Numbered from the whole stretch's first letter, positions 23,844-36,880 are shown. The stretch is DNA of 63,320 bases, filler included, from Octopus bimaculoides (GCF_001194135.2; 8 parts of 7 records of this genome joined end to end with filler, not necessarily neighbours in it), one strand, 5' to 3'. Notes: generated by a model from the letters alone, not told the origin. A program made the numbers and translations.

Positions 23844-24596
23844 AAATAGACACAACTCATTAAAAAAAATGACAGTTCCGCAGACAGCTGATTCATTTAA
23901 GAATAACAACCATGTCGCCAGCTTTAAGACAGTCAATAAGAGACGTTCAACATCTTTGGCCGCTCTTGTATGGCAACTGAAGGAGAATAAAATGAAGTAC
24001 AGCGTTACTTGGTCCATAGCAAGGCATGCAAAACCATACAATGTAATTTCCAGAAGATGCCGCCTCTGCTGCGAGGAATCCTTGTCTATTCTGTGGACGA
24101 ATGAGAAGATCATCAATAGAATTTCTGAAAAACTCTCGAGGTGCCTACACGCATATAAATATACTTTCGCACAATGCGGAAGGAAGGAATTTTGAGTAAC
24201 CGTTAACGTAATTTAATTTACTTTAAAGTATGGATGACTTAAGTTTACTGTTAACCTCCCCATCCTTACAAACACCAAGTTGATAAATAACTCGCTTTGT
24301 GATCATAAGTGCACCAAACCTCACGTGTGCGCATGCTCACATTTTTGCCGATACCTGTATGAGCGAGTGTACTCGCACCATGCAACTTGACCGAGGGCGT
24401 TTATACATCCATATTTGTTAACGGTTATTTCTAATACTTTTCTCGCTGGATTGCGTGTTCGTTTCTCTTTTTGCCATCTGTGATTTTATTTTTGATCTAT
24501 GTAAATGAAGATATTTCTTCCGTCTGCCTGTTTTTTCTTTCTACAAAATGAGAAGTTACATTGCGGAACAGTTATTTTAATGAGTTGTATCTATTT

Positions 24597-24702
24597 ATCA
24601 CCTGATGAGATACACCTGCATCGCCAGATGCTACTGAACCAGTTGTTGGGTGTCCCACCCAATAGGGATCGATGCTAGATGTGTCAAAACAACTGTTGTG
24701 TT
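24597..24702 (+). ncRNA. Type I hammerhead ribozyme motif, damaged copy (GAAA>AAAA, GTC>GTT)
   Basis: Stem I ATCAC, core CTGATGA (24602-24608), long stem II gatacac../..gatgtgtc. Confidence 0.65.
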
Positions 24703-24819
24703 TAATAATAAATTTTCATATGTTCCATCTTCCGTCTTTCATTCGCCATATACATAACAATCACTGTGAAAGTGACTGTGCTTTACCAGTAAGCTACCAG
24801 GTGTAAACCATTCGTTTTA

Positions 24820-25060
24820 TTATCCAATGTGGTGTGTGCCAGAGGGTTTGCAAATCCAATGGGGGTCTTAAAAGACATGTTAGGATCCACAATGAGCAGA
24901 ACTTACTTGCAGGTATTGGTAGTGCAAATCAGAGGTGCAATCTGTGTGGGTGTTTTTTCAAAACACTGTCTGGTTTAAAAAGCCACATCAGACGCCATGA
25001 AAGGGCTAAGGTGTAGGTGCAGGAGGTGGTCAAACTCTGTTTAAGGAGTAGACAACCACC

Positions 25061-25062
<2 letters not shown>
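24820..25062 (+). mobile_element. ORF end with two C2H2 zinc fingers plus a short 3' UTR and (TA)n, probably a LINE 3' end
   Basis: CGVC-X12-HVRIH and CNLC-X12-HIRRH, stop at 25014-25016, no TGEKP linker. Confidence 0.6.
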
Positions 25063-25063
<1 letters not shown>

Positions 25064-25109
<46 letters not shown>

Positions 25110-25117
25110 TATATATA

Positions 25118-25168
<51 letters not shown>

Positions 25169-25300
25169 CATTATTATTATTATCATTATTATTATTATTA
25201 TCATTATTATTATTATTATTATCATTATTATTATTATGTGAGAGAGCAGTGCATGCCATAAGATAGAAGTAAAATAATATTATTATTATTATTATTATCA
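25064..25300. repeat. Compound (TA)n/(ATT)n/(ATC)n microsatellite
   Basis: Directly visible. Confidence 0.95.
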
Positions 25301-26933
25301 TCATCATCATTGGCAGAATTGTTATCATAGATAGACAGAGAGACAGATAGATAACCTTTGAAGCTATATACATGTATAGGTGTATGCGCCTATGTATGCA
25401 TGTATGCATGTATGTATCTGCGTATTTATGCATATACGGATACACATGCACACCAATACATAGATATATATTTTTCGGGAAAAATCTGTTAACCGATTTA
25501 CAATAAAACCCAATATCATAAGTAGAAATTGAAAGAGAAATATTCAACGATTTATCTCCTTTCATCCTGCCTTAGAATTTCTTGTCACCATTATAACTAA
25601 TGTCTTTTGGTTTTATCTAAACTGTATCTTGTAGATAGAAGTTATATTCACAATATTAATATTCTATTCAGCTAGCGGCACATTTACGTTCACTTATACA
25701 AATGCACACTCCCAAACACATCTGTATTGTGTCTTTGCGCATATCTGATTTCCATATCAATATACATATATATATATAGTATATAATCGCCGTGGTGGCG
25801 CTGTGTGTGTGGGGGTGCGAATTTGCGTGTATAAATGTGTGTGTGTGTGTCTGTGTGTCTGTGTGTTGTGTGCAGATTTTGAGATTATTCAATTTTATTA
25901 ACAGCTCGTGCATAACTTAGATAGAGAGGTGAAAATCTAACGATAGCTGGGAAAAGTTGGTTTTTATGACATCTATATTGACGTAGGCTGCTGATAAATA
26001 TTCAATAATTTTATAGCGTTTTTGATGCCAATAATATCATATCTATAATAAAATATGGCGCAGGAATTTCAACGCTTATCTTCCAGAAATACAAAATTTT
26101 AAATGTAATGCGTTAAATCTTTTTGTGTTATTTTAGAATCAGTTATATAAAAAGCAAATATATCTTCATGGTATGCTTCATGTTGGCCATAAAAAGAAAC
26201 TTTCATTTGCGATTATATTCAATATACAATGTTAATTTTATTAATTCTTTCTGCTCCATCTAAAATCTTACGAAATGTCATTTGAAGTTTCCTCGTGCAG
26301 GATGAGGTTTTTTTAACGGTTTATGAAGAGTGAGTGCTTCCCTTGAATGAGATCAACATGGTTGACGTTCATCGCTAACAACAATAAGCTGATGATACCC
26401 AAGAAAGAGCAGAATATGGGTCACGAGAAGATGCGAGATACGTAATCCTGATAGGGCTTGAATATAGGTGAAACGAGACATGACCAACCTGATGAGTAGA
26501 ACCGACTGTAGTTGAAAGTGTAGAAGATGCAGAACGAAGAGATAGGATATCGACGCATCAGATGTTTGGAGTGTTTCGTGTTATCACTGCAAGTATTGTT
26601 GGTGAGTGTATAGTTGTTGTTCTTATGGTTATTTTGCATCAGGCTTACACAATTTAGCAATCCTATGAACAAAAGGGTTTACACTAGACCAATTCCGAAC
26701 TTTTCCCAGACATATTGTATGTATGGAAAACTATACAATCCTCGGAAAGTAGTTAAAGACTCTACTAAGTACAAACGTGGGTTATAATAGTTTGTCGTGA
26801 GAAAGAGGAAATGTGTATAACATTTCGAGCCGCCATCTGCACCTGAGGTGTAAGAAATACTAGCAAATTCTAAATTATAAGAGTTCTCTCCTACTCTTTC
26901 CCTCTCCCTGTATACATATTTATGCGCGCGCGC

Positions 26934-26968
<35 letters not shown>

Positions 26969-27772
26969 GATAATGAAAGTTCAATATGTACAACGTATGT
27001 TTCAGTAGCATAGCAATTTATTCGCAATTAATGTATTACATTAAAATCAACGCCCTCTTCTTCAGGCATTTCGACTGCAAAGAAAGCCTGATCTCGAGAA
27101 AACTTCAGAAGGAGTACCTTTTGATAATATCAATGGTAGAAGGAGCTGAAAAATAACTTCGGGAATCAAACATTAATTGCTAATAAATTTTCATGTTAGC
27201 TAAATGTTAGTAGCATTTATTGAGCTGTCGTTGTCCATTCGTCATCCTTTATTATATTTCTTCACCATGCGACATGTGCAGCTGATGTTGTTACATGGAT
27301 TGGAGTTGTATAATGCTTGGTATTAAACAATTGCAATTACGTTAATTAATCATTGTGACTGAACGATAAAATAGGAGTAAATTTTTATTATTACTACAGA
27401 GAAAGCCTGTGCACAAATGCGTGGTAGCAATGATCTCCAGTACAGTGACGTCGGGGACGATATTTTACACTGTGATTTTAAGAGGGTAGAATGTAATTTA
27501 AGTAATGATTTAGCTACTATTTTTCACAGATGATCTTTTGAACTCGTGTCCAAAATGTGTATTATAGACAAGTTGATAAAGTTGCTCACTCTGATTAGAA
27601 ATGTATTTTATGAAACGCGCTAATATGACTGATATATCTTTTCATGTTTTAGCTGTAATTTAAAGCATTAAAATCTAAGTTTAACTTCCAACAGACTGCT
27701 TTCTAGATTCGATCTCATAGCATCTCTGTCTCAATCTGAATCATTCTGTAATTTTCTCCTTGATATTGCCAT

Positions 27773-28245
27773 TAAGGCGGCGAGGTGGCAGAAACGTTAG
27801 CACGCTGGACGAAATGCTTAGTGGTATTTAGTCTGCCGTTACGTTCTGAGTTCAAATTCCACCGAGGTCGACTTTGCCTTCCATCCTTTCGGGGTCGATA
27901 AATGAAGTACNNNNNNNNNNTGCCTTCCATCCTTTCGGGGTCGATAAATGAAGTACCAGTTACGCACTGAGGTCAATGTAATCGACTTAATCCCTTTGTC
28001 TGTCCTTTTTTGTCCCCTCGATGTTTAGCATCCTGTGGGCAATAATGAAATAAGAAACGTTAGCACACCGGGCGAAATGCTTAGCGGCATTTCGTTTGTC
28101 TTTACGTTCCGAGTTCAAATTCCGCCGAGGTCGACTTTGCCTTTCATCCTTTCGGGCTCGATAAAAGAAGTACCTGTTAAGTCCTGGGGGCGAAATAATC
28201 GACTTACACCCACCCCCAAACTGCTGGTCTTGTACCAAAATTTAA
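27773..28245 (+). mobile_element. Two tandem SINE family A copies (27773-28035 and 28054-28245)
   Basis: aaggcggcgaggtggcagaaacgttagcac head and gttcaaattcc B box. A short duplication spans the 10-N gap. Confidence 0.85.
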
Positions 28246-28806
28246 ATCCAATATTTCCATATTTGGCACAACTAGCAGTATAACATTTACGTAGTCTATC
28301 AACACACTTCGTGATATATATTGCAGCCAATCACATTCGATGATAGTCGTGGGTGATGTTGGCAAACCTCAGCGAAACTGTCTTAGTTTCCGCGTGGAAC
28401 TTACCAAATGAACTTATTGGGAATGCTTTGTACAATTACATAAAACATGGATTCCATTACGGGTCAACGTTCATTTCAGTTGTCAGTCTGGTTCATGACA
28501 TAGAGGTTACTCTCGTAAGTTTCTTGCACTTCTTTCTCTCTCATACAAATGTATATATGCTTCCTAACGTTCTATCGCAATTAACAGATAGCAATGAATA
28601 TGATTCCCAAACTTCTTTTAATTTCATCTTCAACTACCAGAAACATTTTCTTATACTGCTACCATCACCCTCTTCAGCATTACGACTACACCTACGCTAA
28701 CTTCTANNNNNNNNNNNNNNNNNNNNNNNNNNNNNNNNNNNNNNNNNNNNTTAATTAATTAANNNNNNNNNNNNNNNNNNNNNNNNNNNNNNNNNNNNNN
28801 NNNNNN

Positions 28807-29180
28807 CCTCTCTCTCTTGCTCCTCTCTCTCTTGCTCCTCTCTCTCTTGCTCCTCTCTCTCTTGCTCCTCTCTCTCTTGCTCCTCTCTCTTTCTCGCTCC
28901 TCTCTGTCTCTCGCACTTCTCTCTCTCTCGCTCCTCTCTGTCTCCATTCTCCTCACTCTCTCTCCCTCGGTCTTCTCTCTCTGTCTCACCCTCTATCTAT
29001 CTCTCTCGCTCTATCTCCGTCTCTCTCTCCCAGTCTCTCTGTCTCTCTTTCTGTCTCTCTCTCTGTCTCTCTCTCTTTCTCTCTGTCTCTCTGTCTCTCT
29101 GTGTCTCTGTCTCTCTCACTCTATCTCTGTCTGTCTGTCTGTCTCTCTCACCCTATCTTTCTCTCTCTCTCTCTCTCTGA
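28807..29180. repeat. Pyrimidine-rich (CT)n tract with ~15-bp ctctcttgctcctct units
   Basis: Directly visible. Confidence 0.9.
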
Positions 29181-29865
29181 CTGACTGATTGCTAGCGATC
29201 TGACTACTGACTGACTGATTGCTAACGAACTGACTACTGACTGACTGATTGCTAACGAACTGACTACTGACTGACTGNNNNNNNNNNGCTAGCGATCTGA
29301 CTACTGACTGACTGATTGCTAACGAACTGACTACTGACTGACTGATTGCTAACGAACTGACTACTGACTGACTGATTGACACGGCGTTTGGAGTAGTCGA
29401 ATTTCGTGCCTGGTTGTATTGAAAACTAAGAATGTCTTGAAGAAAATCGTTGCGATGAATGCAGGTCATACTGACAAAACGGAAAATGTGATTGGCTGGT
29501 GATGTTCTTCAGTAGAGCAGTTATCGGTATGCAAAACCAGGTTTGGGATCGACACCGACAGAAGAGAGAGGAGAACACAGGAAAGAGTGCGGGCAGCATT
29601 GCATCGAACCTTTCATGAGAATCTGAAAGCTGACAACAGATGCAGCAATAACACAGAACATCTGGCTTAGAACACTGGAGCAGAACTACTGTCCGTCATG
29701 CAAAAATGTATAAGTTGCTCTGAGTGACTAAACTGACTGACTGATTGCTAGCGATCTGGCTACTGACTGACTGATTGCTAGCGATCTGACTACTGACTGA
29801 CTGATTGCTAACGAACTGACTACTGACTGACTGATTGACACGGCGTTTAGAGTAGTCGCATTTTT
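29178..29865. repeat. 30-bp minisatellite (ctgactactgactgactgattgctaacgaa) in two blocks, each ending in the same unique tag
   Basis: Blocks at 29178-29403 and ~29733-29862, both ending ttgacacggcgttt.gagtagtcg. Confidence 0.85.
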
Positions 29866-29914
29866 GTTCATGAAACTACTTTGAAATTCTAATTATATTC
29901 AAATTACGATGAAA

Positions 29915-30300
29915 GTGTGGAGGCGCAATGGCCCAGTGGTTAGGGCAGTGGACTCGCGGTCATAGGATCGCGGTTTCGATTCCCAGACCGACCGTTGCGA
30001 GTGTTTATTGAGCGAAAACACCTAAAGCTCCACGAGGCTCCGGCAGGGGATGGTGACGAACCCTGCTGTACTCTTTCACCACAACTTTCTCTCACTCTTA
30101 CTTCCTGTTTCTGTTGTGCCTGTAATTCAAAGGGTCAGCCTTGTCACACTGTGTCACGCTGAATATCCCCAAGAACTACGTTAAGGGTACACGTGTCTGT
30201 GGATTGCTCAGCCACTTGCACGTTAATTTCACGAGCAGGCTGTTCCGTTGACCGGATCAACTGGAACCCTCGACGTCGTAAGCGACGGAGTGCCAACAAC
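29915..30300 (+). mobile_element. SINE family C, full length, young
   Basis: ggcgcaatggcccagtggttagg .. gtttcgattccc head with CpGs intact. Confidence 0.88.
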
Positions 30301-31093
30301 AGCGACAATTGTCTTCGTTAGAGTTAGAAAATTGTCTAGATAAATAGTTTTAATATAGGTTGTGTAATTCTAGCTGATCATGATTGTATAACAGTTGAAT
30401 TGTTTCAGTACATGTTGCTTAATGGAAATTATGCTTCGGTAAGGAGTAATGAAAGTTTTGCTTTATTGGTTCTGACATTAAAAAAAAAAAAAATAAAATA
30501 AAATAAAACAGGTAAAATAATCTCTGAACTGTTGCCAAACAAGGATGTCTCGAACCGAACAGTACACCTTAAAAGAGAACAGATTCAATGATAATAAATG
30601 TATAAAATTGTTTGGCGTGTTAGGATCACAGACCGAACAAATACACACACACACATTGCGTGCGCGCATGCTGTTATGTCTGACAAAGTCACACTTATAA
30701 ACATTACAAACATTGTCAAACTTACTCTTCCACTTTACAATTTAAGACAAGTTATCTGGAAGAAGTCGTTTCCCCAGATACGTGAATGTCATATTGTTAG
30801 CGTTGTTAGTGTCAATCAAAAGATAGCAGATGATGGTAAACTTGGAACCATTTTGACAGCACCACTATTCGTATGCACAGCTAAGCGTGCAGGCACATAC
30901 ACATATAGAGACGTTTATTTATTACAGTCGACTATTATTACAGACATTGGTTATGTAGGCTACAGGAATAAAATGCCAAGATATATGAATGGTCAATCAG
31001 TAAGCATTATAACCTAAATAAACGGATTAATGTAATGGCGAGATCTCATCACCACAACAACTTTAAAAAAAAACGAAATTATAGCAGTGAGAT

Positions 31094-31438
31094 GTTGTTG
31101 GCACTCCGTCGCTTACGACGTCGAGGGTTTAACGTGCAAGTGGCTGAGCACTCCACAGACACGTGTACCCTTAACGTAGTTCTCGGGGATATCCAGCGTG
31201 ACACAGTGTGACAAGGCTGACCCTTTGAATTACAGGCACAACAGAAACAGGAAGTAAGAGTGAGAGAAAGTTGTGGTGAAAGAGTACAGCAAGGTTCGCC
31301 ACCATCCCCTGCCGGAGCCTCGTGGAGCTTTAGGTGTTTTCGCTCAATAAATACTTACAACGCCCGGTCTGGGAATCGAAACCGCGATCCTATGACCGCG
31401 AGTCCGCTGCCCTAACCACTGGGCCATTGCGCCTCCAC
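31094..31438 (-). mobile_element. SINE family C, inverted copy with a small internal deletion (extra head fragment at 31585-31644)
   Basis: Reverse complement of 29915-30300, lacking the ggatcaactgg segment. Confidence 0.88.
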
Positions 31439-32333
31439 AACGAAGACAATACAAAGTGCACAATCAAAACTGGTTACGCCCTTCCAGCAATAGTACTATA
31501 GAAAGCAGTAATTTATTAATATAAAGTAAACTTTGGCGGATTAGATTAGTAAAGTTAATTGATAATATTAATTATGACATTGCAAAACCGCGATGCTATG
31601 ACCGCGAGTCCGCTGCCCTAAGCACTGGGCCATTACACCTCCACTTGCAGTGAATGATATGCGATTAATCCTACAGGTATATGCGCTAATCACTATCATC
31701 ACGGTCGATTCCATTAAAAGGCGTTAAACATCACCTGGAAAAGTTTTTGGTTGTTGCGTAACTTTTCAGTTTGACTGCGATAAAAATAATTTTGAAGAAT
31801 AAAATGTATTAACTATATCCTGTGTATTGGATTACTTTTTTATTTTGTTCACAGCCTATTACACCATATTACAACACACACGCCCCCCCACACATACATA
31901 CGCATGCACACACTCACAGACATACACACACACATATTTATATATCTATTTTTGTTCTCAATTTTGACCCTCCATTTTTGACCTTCCATAAATCCTAAAT
32001 CTTATTTTGGAACTTAAGCGAGCAACTGTCTTTGAAGACTCATATTGTCGTTGAATGCTCGAAATGAGGAGTAGATAGACAGGTGACGACTGATGAAGGG
32101 TCGTTCTCCGTGCTTACCTGTCCTCTTTTCCATTTTTTTTCTCTCGTTGTTTACGTATTTAAATCGTTTGTTTTCGTATTTCATGTTGTTTACACAGTTG
32201 GTAACGTCCTGTANNNNNNNNNNNNNNNNNNNNNNNNNNNNNNNNNNNNNNNNNNNNNNNNNNNNNNNNNNNNNNNNNNNNNNNNNNNNNNNNNNNNNNN
32301 NNNNNNNNNNNNNGGACAAAAATTCCTTTGGAG

Positions 32334-32370
32334 CAATTCAAACTTCGTACGAGTTCATACCTCCTAGAAC
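32334..32370 (+). mobile_element. Tc1-like transposase 3' fragment
   Basis: Same sequence as the reverse complement of ~34875-34930. Confidence 0.65.
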
Positions 32371-33352
32371 TGCATTATGGTAAATCATGTAGCTCTTAGA
32401 CACCAAATGGCTCTAAGAGCTACATTATTTACCATAATGCAGTTCTTAGAGCCATTTGGCGTCTGTTTCTAGCATGTGGCGCTGCTCATTAGTGTCCTTA
32501 CTATAATTATATACATATATATATAATTATATAGTTTGTATTAATTGTTACTCATATGGTTTATTACGTATTGGCTACTTCATAAAATCTTACATAGTTT
32601 TTATCCTTGATTATAAAGATATACATACATATATGCATTGATATATGTGTGTGTGTTAAGGCGCATACACATATATACATATATATATTTATACGCGCAC
32701 ACACACGCACACACACATACATACACAAGTAAAGTGGGGTACTATGACCTCTTCGCTGAAACAGCTGTGAGATACTATTATACTTCCTATGCTCTATGTT
32801 ATATATTTTAATAATTACTGGTATTTTTATATTTTTATATATTATATATGTAAAGCATATGTTATACATGTATGTATATTGTTATAATAGTCTTTAAAAA
32901 AATAAATAAATAGACATAATATAATGTCTAAAAGTTGATGAATACCACCTCTTGATCCCCTCCATTTCTTATTGCTGTATATACATACATATATATCTTT
33001 TACTCTTTTACTTGTTTCAGTCATTTGACTGTGGCCATGCTGGAGCAACACATTTAGTCGAATAAATGTCGATTTTCAAGAGAAGCCGCTGCTAGCTACT
33101 TTTGAAGTCTTCTTTGAACAGTCAGTTGTCAAGGTTACCCGGAAAGAAGTAGCTTAAATTAATTCATGCAAGATTTCACAGGTCTAGCATCACACTTCAT
33201 AGCCAGCCTATGAGATTTTCAACCCACCTCCGCAGATATTGAGAGTTATCTTAGAAATATTTCAACAGTTCTGATATCTTTGGTTGATAGTTACTTTACG
33301 AAGAGCTTTAATATATTAATTTCGTCTCTATTTTCTTGGTGTATCAAGCTTC

Positions 33353-33404
<52 letters not shown>

Positions 33405-33869
33405 GTGTGTGCGCGCGTGTGCGCGTGCAGTTTGAATGATAGATGACTCCGTCATTTTAATTGTGCGAGGGTGTTTTATCCAGCAATATACTGTTGGGAA
33501 CACATCTTTACAGTTCCTCAACAGTAATCGACATACTTCCTCCCTCGAAATAACTTACGACTACATGTGTGTTACATTAGTATATAGCTAAAAAGCTCGG
33601 CATCTAGGGTAAATAGTGGTGGTCTACGTGTGCAAAAATTGTATTTATTAGTAATGTTTAAAAGTTTTAAAATATATATACAGTTTGGAGGGGAGTCATC
33701 GCCGTTTCTTATAAATTCCTTTTCGTAGGAGACACAGAAAAGCAATTTTCTTTTCTTCGTCTGTGAGTTTTGGAAGTCTTGGAAATCGACAGAAAATAAC
33801 AGAAACTCAGCAGTTGCAAATGCGTGAGAGAGAAAATGTAGCACAGCAAGATGAGAAGGAGAGAAAGAA

Positions 33870-33914
<45 letters not shown>

Positions 33915-34779
33915 AAAGAGAAATAGGAAGAGAATATAGAAGAGTGTGAGGTGGGGAGAGAATAAGAGTCATAAGGGAGAGAGAGAACAGGAAGGAATGG
34001 TCAGTTTCTAAAACTGAAGTTTGTTGTAGGTGAGGCTAGCGACTACAACAGGAAGCGTGTCAACAATAGTATTGGTACATACGTAAATACACATATGAAT
34101 AGAAAGAGCGCATACGCACGTATCCACGCGCTCGCACACTCAGACTCTCTCTCTCACACACACGCTCACACATATGTGGTGACGTATATGTGTGTGTCTC
34201 TGCTATGGGCTATGTAATAAAAACTTGTCATTCGCGTGCACAGGCAATGAATAGTAGTAAAACTATGATTAAAAATGAATTTTAAAATGACGGACAGAGA
34301 AGACAATAAAACTAAAGATAGGAAATATTCTAATAAAAGAATTTTGCACGCGAAGGCAACAATAATTAATATCAGATAAAAAACAACATTAAGACCAAAA
34401 ATAACATTAAGAATAAAATAAGATTAAAAGTGAAGTGGAGGTGTTCAGTCATCTATCGTTGGTAAATATGAAAAAAAAAAATGTTTCCTTGATTAAGATA
34501 CTTTGTGGTTGGTTGAGATGCCGGACATCAAATGATGGTTTATGTAGTGACCAGATGTGTTGATATTGTGGACCAAGTGTTCGTCTGTAATGCGCAGGAC
34601 AACATCGCGCAAGTAGGACAGTCTGTTTTATCGATGCTGGGGGCATTGTTGGGATTGTATTGGCCTAGCATGATGGTGCATGCGTTGTTGAAGCTTTTGG
34701 TGTTTTGGTACTGGGATTTGGAAACTGTAATTGTTATGACGTTATTGATATATATTTCTTTATTGCCCACAAGGGCAGG

Positions 34780-35008
34780 GATTGGACAAAATAATGGAAA
34801 CACCTTAAAATTTCGAACAAATTTATTTTAATATGGGGTAGGGCCGCCTTTGGCAGTAATTACAGCTTGAATTCTACGAGGTATGAACTCGTACGAAGTT
34901 TGAATTGCTCCAAAGGAATTTTTGTCCATTCTTCAGCTAAAATAGTCTCCATTTCTTGTAGTGATGATGGTGGAGGATATCGACTCCTTACTTGTTTTTC
35001 TAAAATGC
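34780..35008 (-). mobile_element. Tc1-like transposon end (transposase C-terminus plus TIR)
   Basis: Hand translation: LEKQVRSRYPPPSSLQEMETILAEEWTKIPLE/IQTSYEFIPRRIQAVITAKGGPTPY*, followed by a ggacaaaataatggaaacacc TIR-like motif. Confidence 0.8.
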
Positions 35009-35308
35009 ACTCCACTTTCGTTCATCTGCAGATATGAACTTTGATATTAATAATTCAGCTATGTTATATTGGAAAATCACATGGGACTGCCGTCTTTTCT
35101 AGTGTAGCTATAAACTCAGACAAGCTAATTTCTTTGAATTTTCGCCAAGAATATATTTTGTATAGGCTTTTAATTTCCGATATCTTGCTTGATAATGACA
35201 ACATATTTNNNNNNNNNNNNNNNNNNNNNNNNNNNNNNNNNNNNNNNNNNNNTTAATTAATTAANNNNNNNNNNNNNNNNNNNNNNNNNNNNNNNNNNNN
35301 NNNNNNNN

Positions 35309-35537
35309 GTACTCTTTCACCACAACTCTCTCTCACTCTTACTTCCTGTTTCTGTTGTGCCTGTAATTCAAAGGGTCAGCCTTGTCACACTCTGTGTCAT
35401 GCAGACTCTCCCCGAGAACTACGTTAAGGGTACACGTGTCTGTGGAGTGCTCAGCCACTTGCACGTTAATTTCACAAGCAGACTGTTCCATTGATCGGAT
35501 CGACTGGAACCCTCGTCGTCCTAACCGACAGAGTACC
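35309..35537 (+). mobile_element. SINE family C 3' part
   Basis: actctttcaccacaact...gaactacgttaagggtacacgtgtc. Confidence 0.82.
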
Positions 35538-35599
35538 ATGATGTATGCATGTGTATGTGTATATATTTCTTTATGTATGTGTTTATGTAGATGTATATG

Positions 35600-35637
<38 letters not shown>

Positions 35638-36839
35638 GTGTGTGTGTGTGTATGTATGTATCTAAGGAATAATATAGGTTATATTTATTATAGATCTGTA
35701 GTGGCTTCATGCAGGCATAGCGTGGATTCATATTACCGCCAATAAAGGTTTATTAAGACTTGCTACATGTATGAACCAGATTATACTATCTCCTGTTCAT
35801 GGGGGAGGTAGAACAGTTACAGAAGCTTTCATATTTCCTCAATCAAAATATGACATTCCAAACCCTTTGCTGTTTTCCTCCATTCAACTTTTATAGAATT
35901 TTGAAGGAGAAAATATTTCATTCAGCAAAATATTCCTTTCAACAGCTAGGAACTATAATTTAGCTTACTAGAAAATGGAGCTAAAACTTTTTACTACTAT
36001 TACAGTTTTTCTCTTCAGTGTTCCTTTCTTGCATCAACCTTCATGTTATTAAATATTTCTGTTAATAAAATTATTTTTCTGTTTAATAAAACTGTCTTAA
36101 TTTATTATATTAAACTTGATTGATTAATTTTCACACTTGGAGGTCACCAATTATAATGAGCCGTGAGATGTCAGCTTATGCCTAAACACTGCTTGGTGCT
36201 AATATTTTGCTAATCTGCAACTCCTCAACCTCTTATGGATCTCCTGAAAGGCACTTTCATCCAGACAAAGGATTTTCTGAACAATATCAGACAATACAAC
36301 TCTGCATTTCAAATGACATCATTTGGTACGTCTCAGAAGATAGTGGAACATGGATTTACACCTGTGTTCAAACTTTAAGAACAAGTCTATCACCTCATTG
36401 GTTTCCTGTTACCCACAAACAAACAATGACAGTTCTTCCAAATTTTCTTCATGAGTGATGTAGCACAACAAACCTGAAGAAAGTATCAAAACTTCAGACA
36501 ATGGGTCGTGATAGACACAGTGCCGACTGCCACAAGGGAGAGAATACCCACTGACAGCTTTTTGGTGCATTAAAAAATCACATAATCCCCAAATTTCCAT
36601 GACAGGTCAGGGCCTGGAATGCTCCAAACGGACGCTTGACATGTCACTTACTCGAATTAGCCCATCATTTACTCCACAAATGTTTTGTCATCAATGCTGC
36701 ACTTTCCCATATCACCTGTTTCAACTTAATGTAATATATATNNNNNNNNNNNNNNNNNNNNNNNNNNNNNNNNNNNNNNNNNNNNNNNNNNNNNNNNNNN
36801 NNNNNNNNNNNNNNNNNNNNNNNNNNNNNNNNNNNNNNA

Positions 36840-36880
<41 letters not shown>

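Larger units (their letters stand above)
23687..24752 (+). mobile_element. 5'-truncated Penelope-like element: GIY-YIG C-terminus flanked by inverted ~190-bp pseudo-LTRs
   Basis: ORF ..SFK..NHVASF..LVWQLKE..YSVTWSI..AKPY..RRCRLCCEE..RCLH. 23687-23882 is the reverse complement of 24561-24752. Confidence 0.82.

Noticed and set aside
26300-26602. Exon-like segment (cag|gat... ttg|gtgagt) that also contains CTGATGAG...GAAA
   Set aside because: All three frames stop early after the acceptor, and no stem II or III pairing supports a hammerhead.
29178-29403. CRISPR-like regular 30-bp repeats (also the 32-bp array at 43925-44912)
   Set aside because: The units are contiguous without unique spacers, in a eukaryotic context. 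They are minisatellites.
34449-34803. Short ORFs next to the Tc1 end
   Set aside because: I could not assign a family from the translation.
36207-36720. Overlapping short ORFs with moderate GC
   Set aside because: No recognisable motif, and stops occur in all extended frames.
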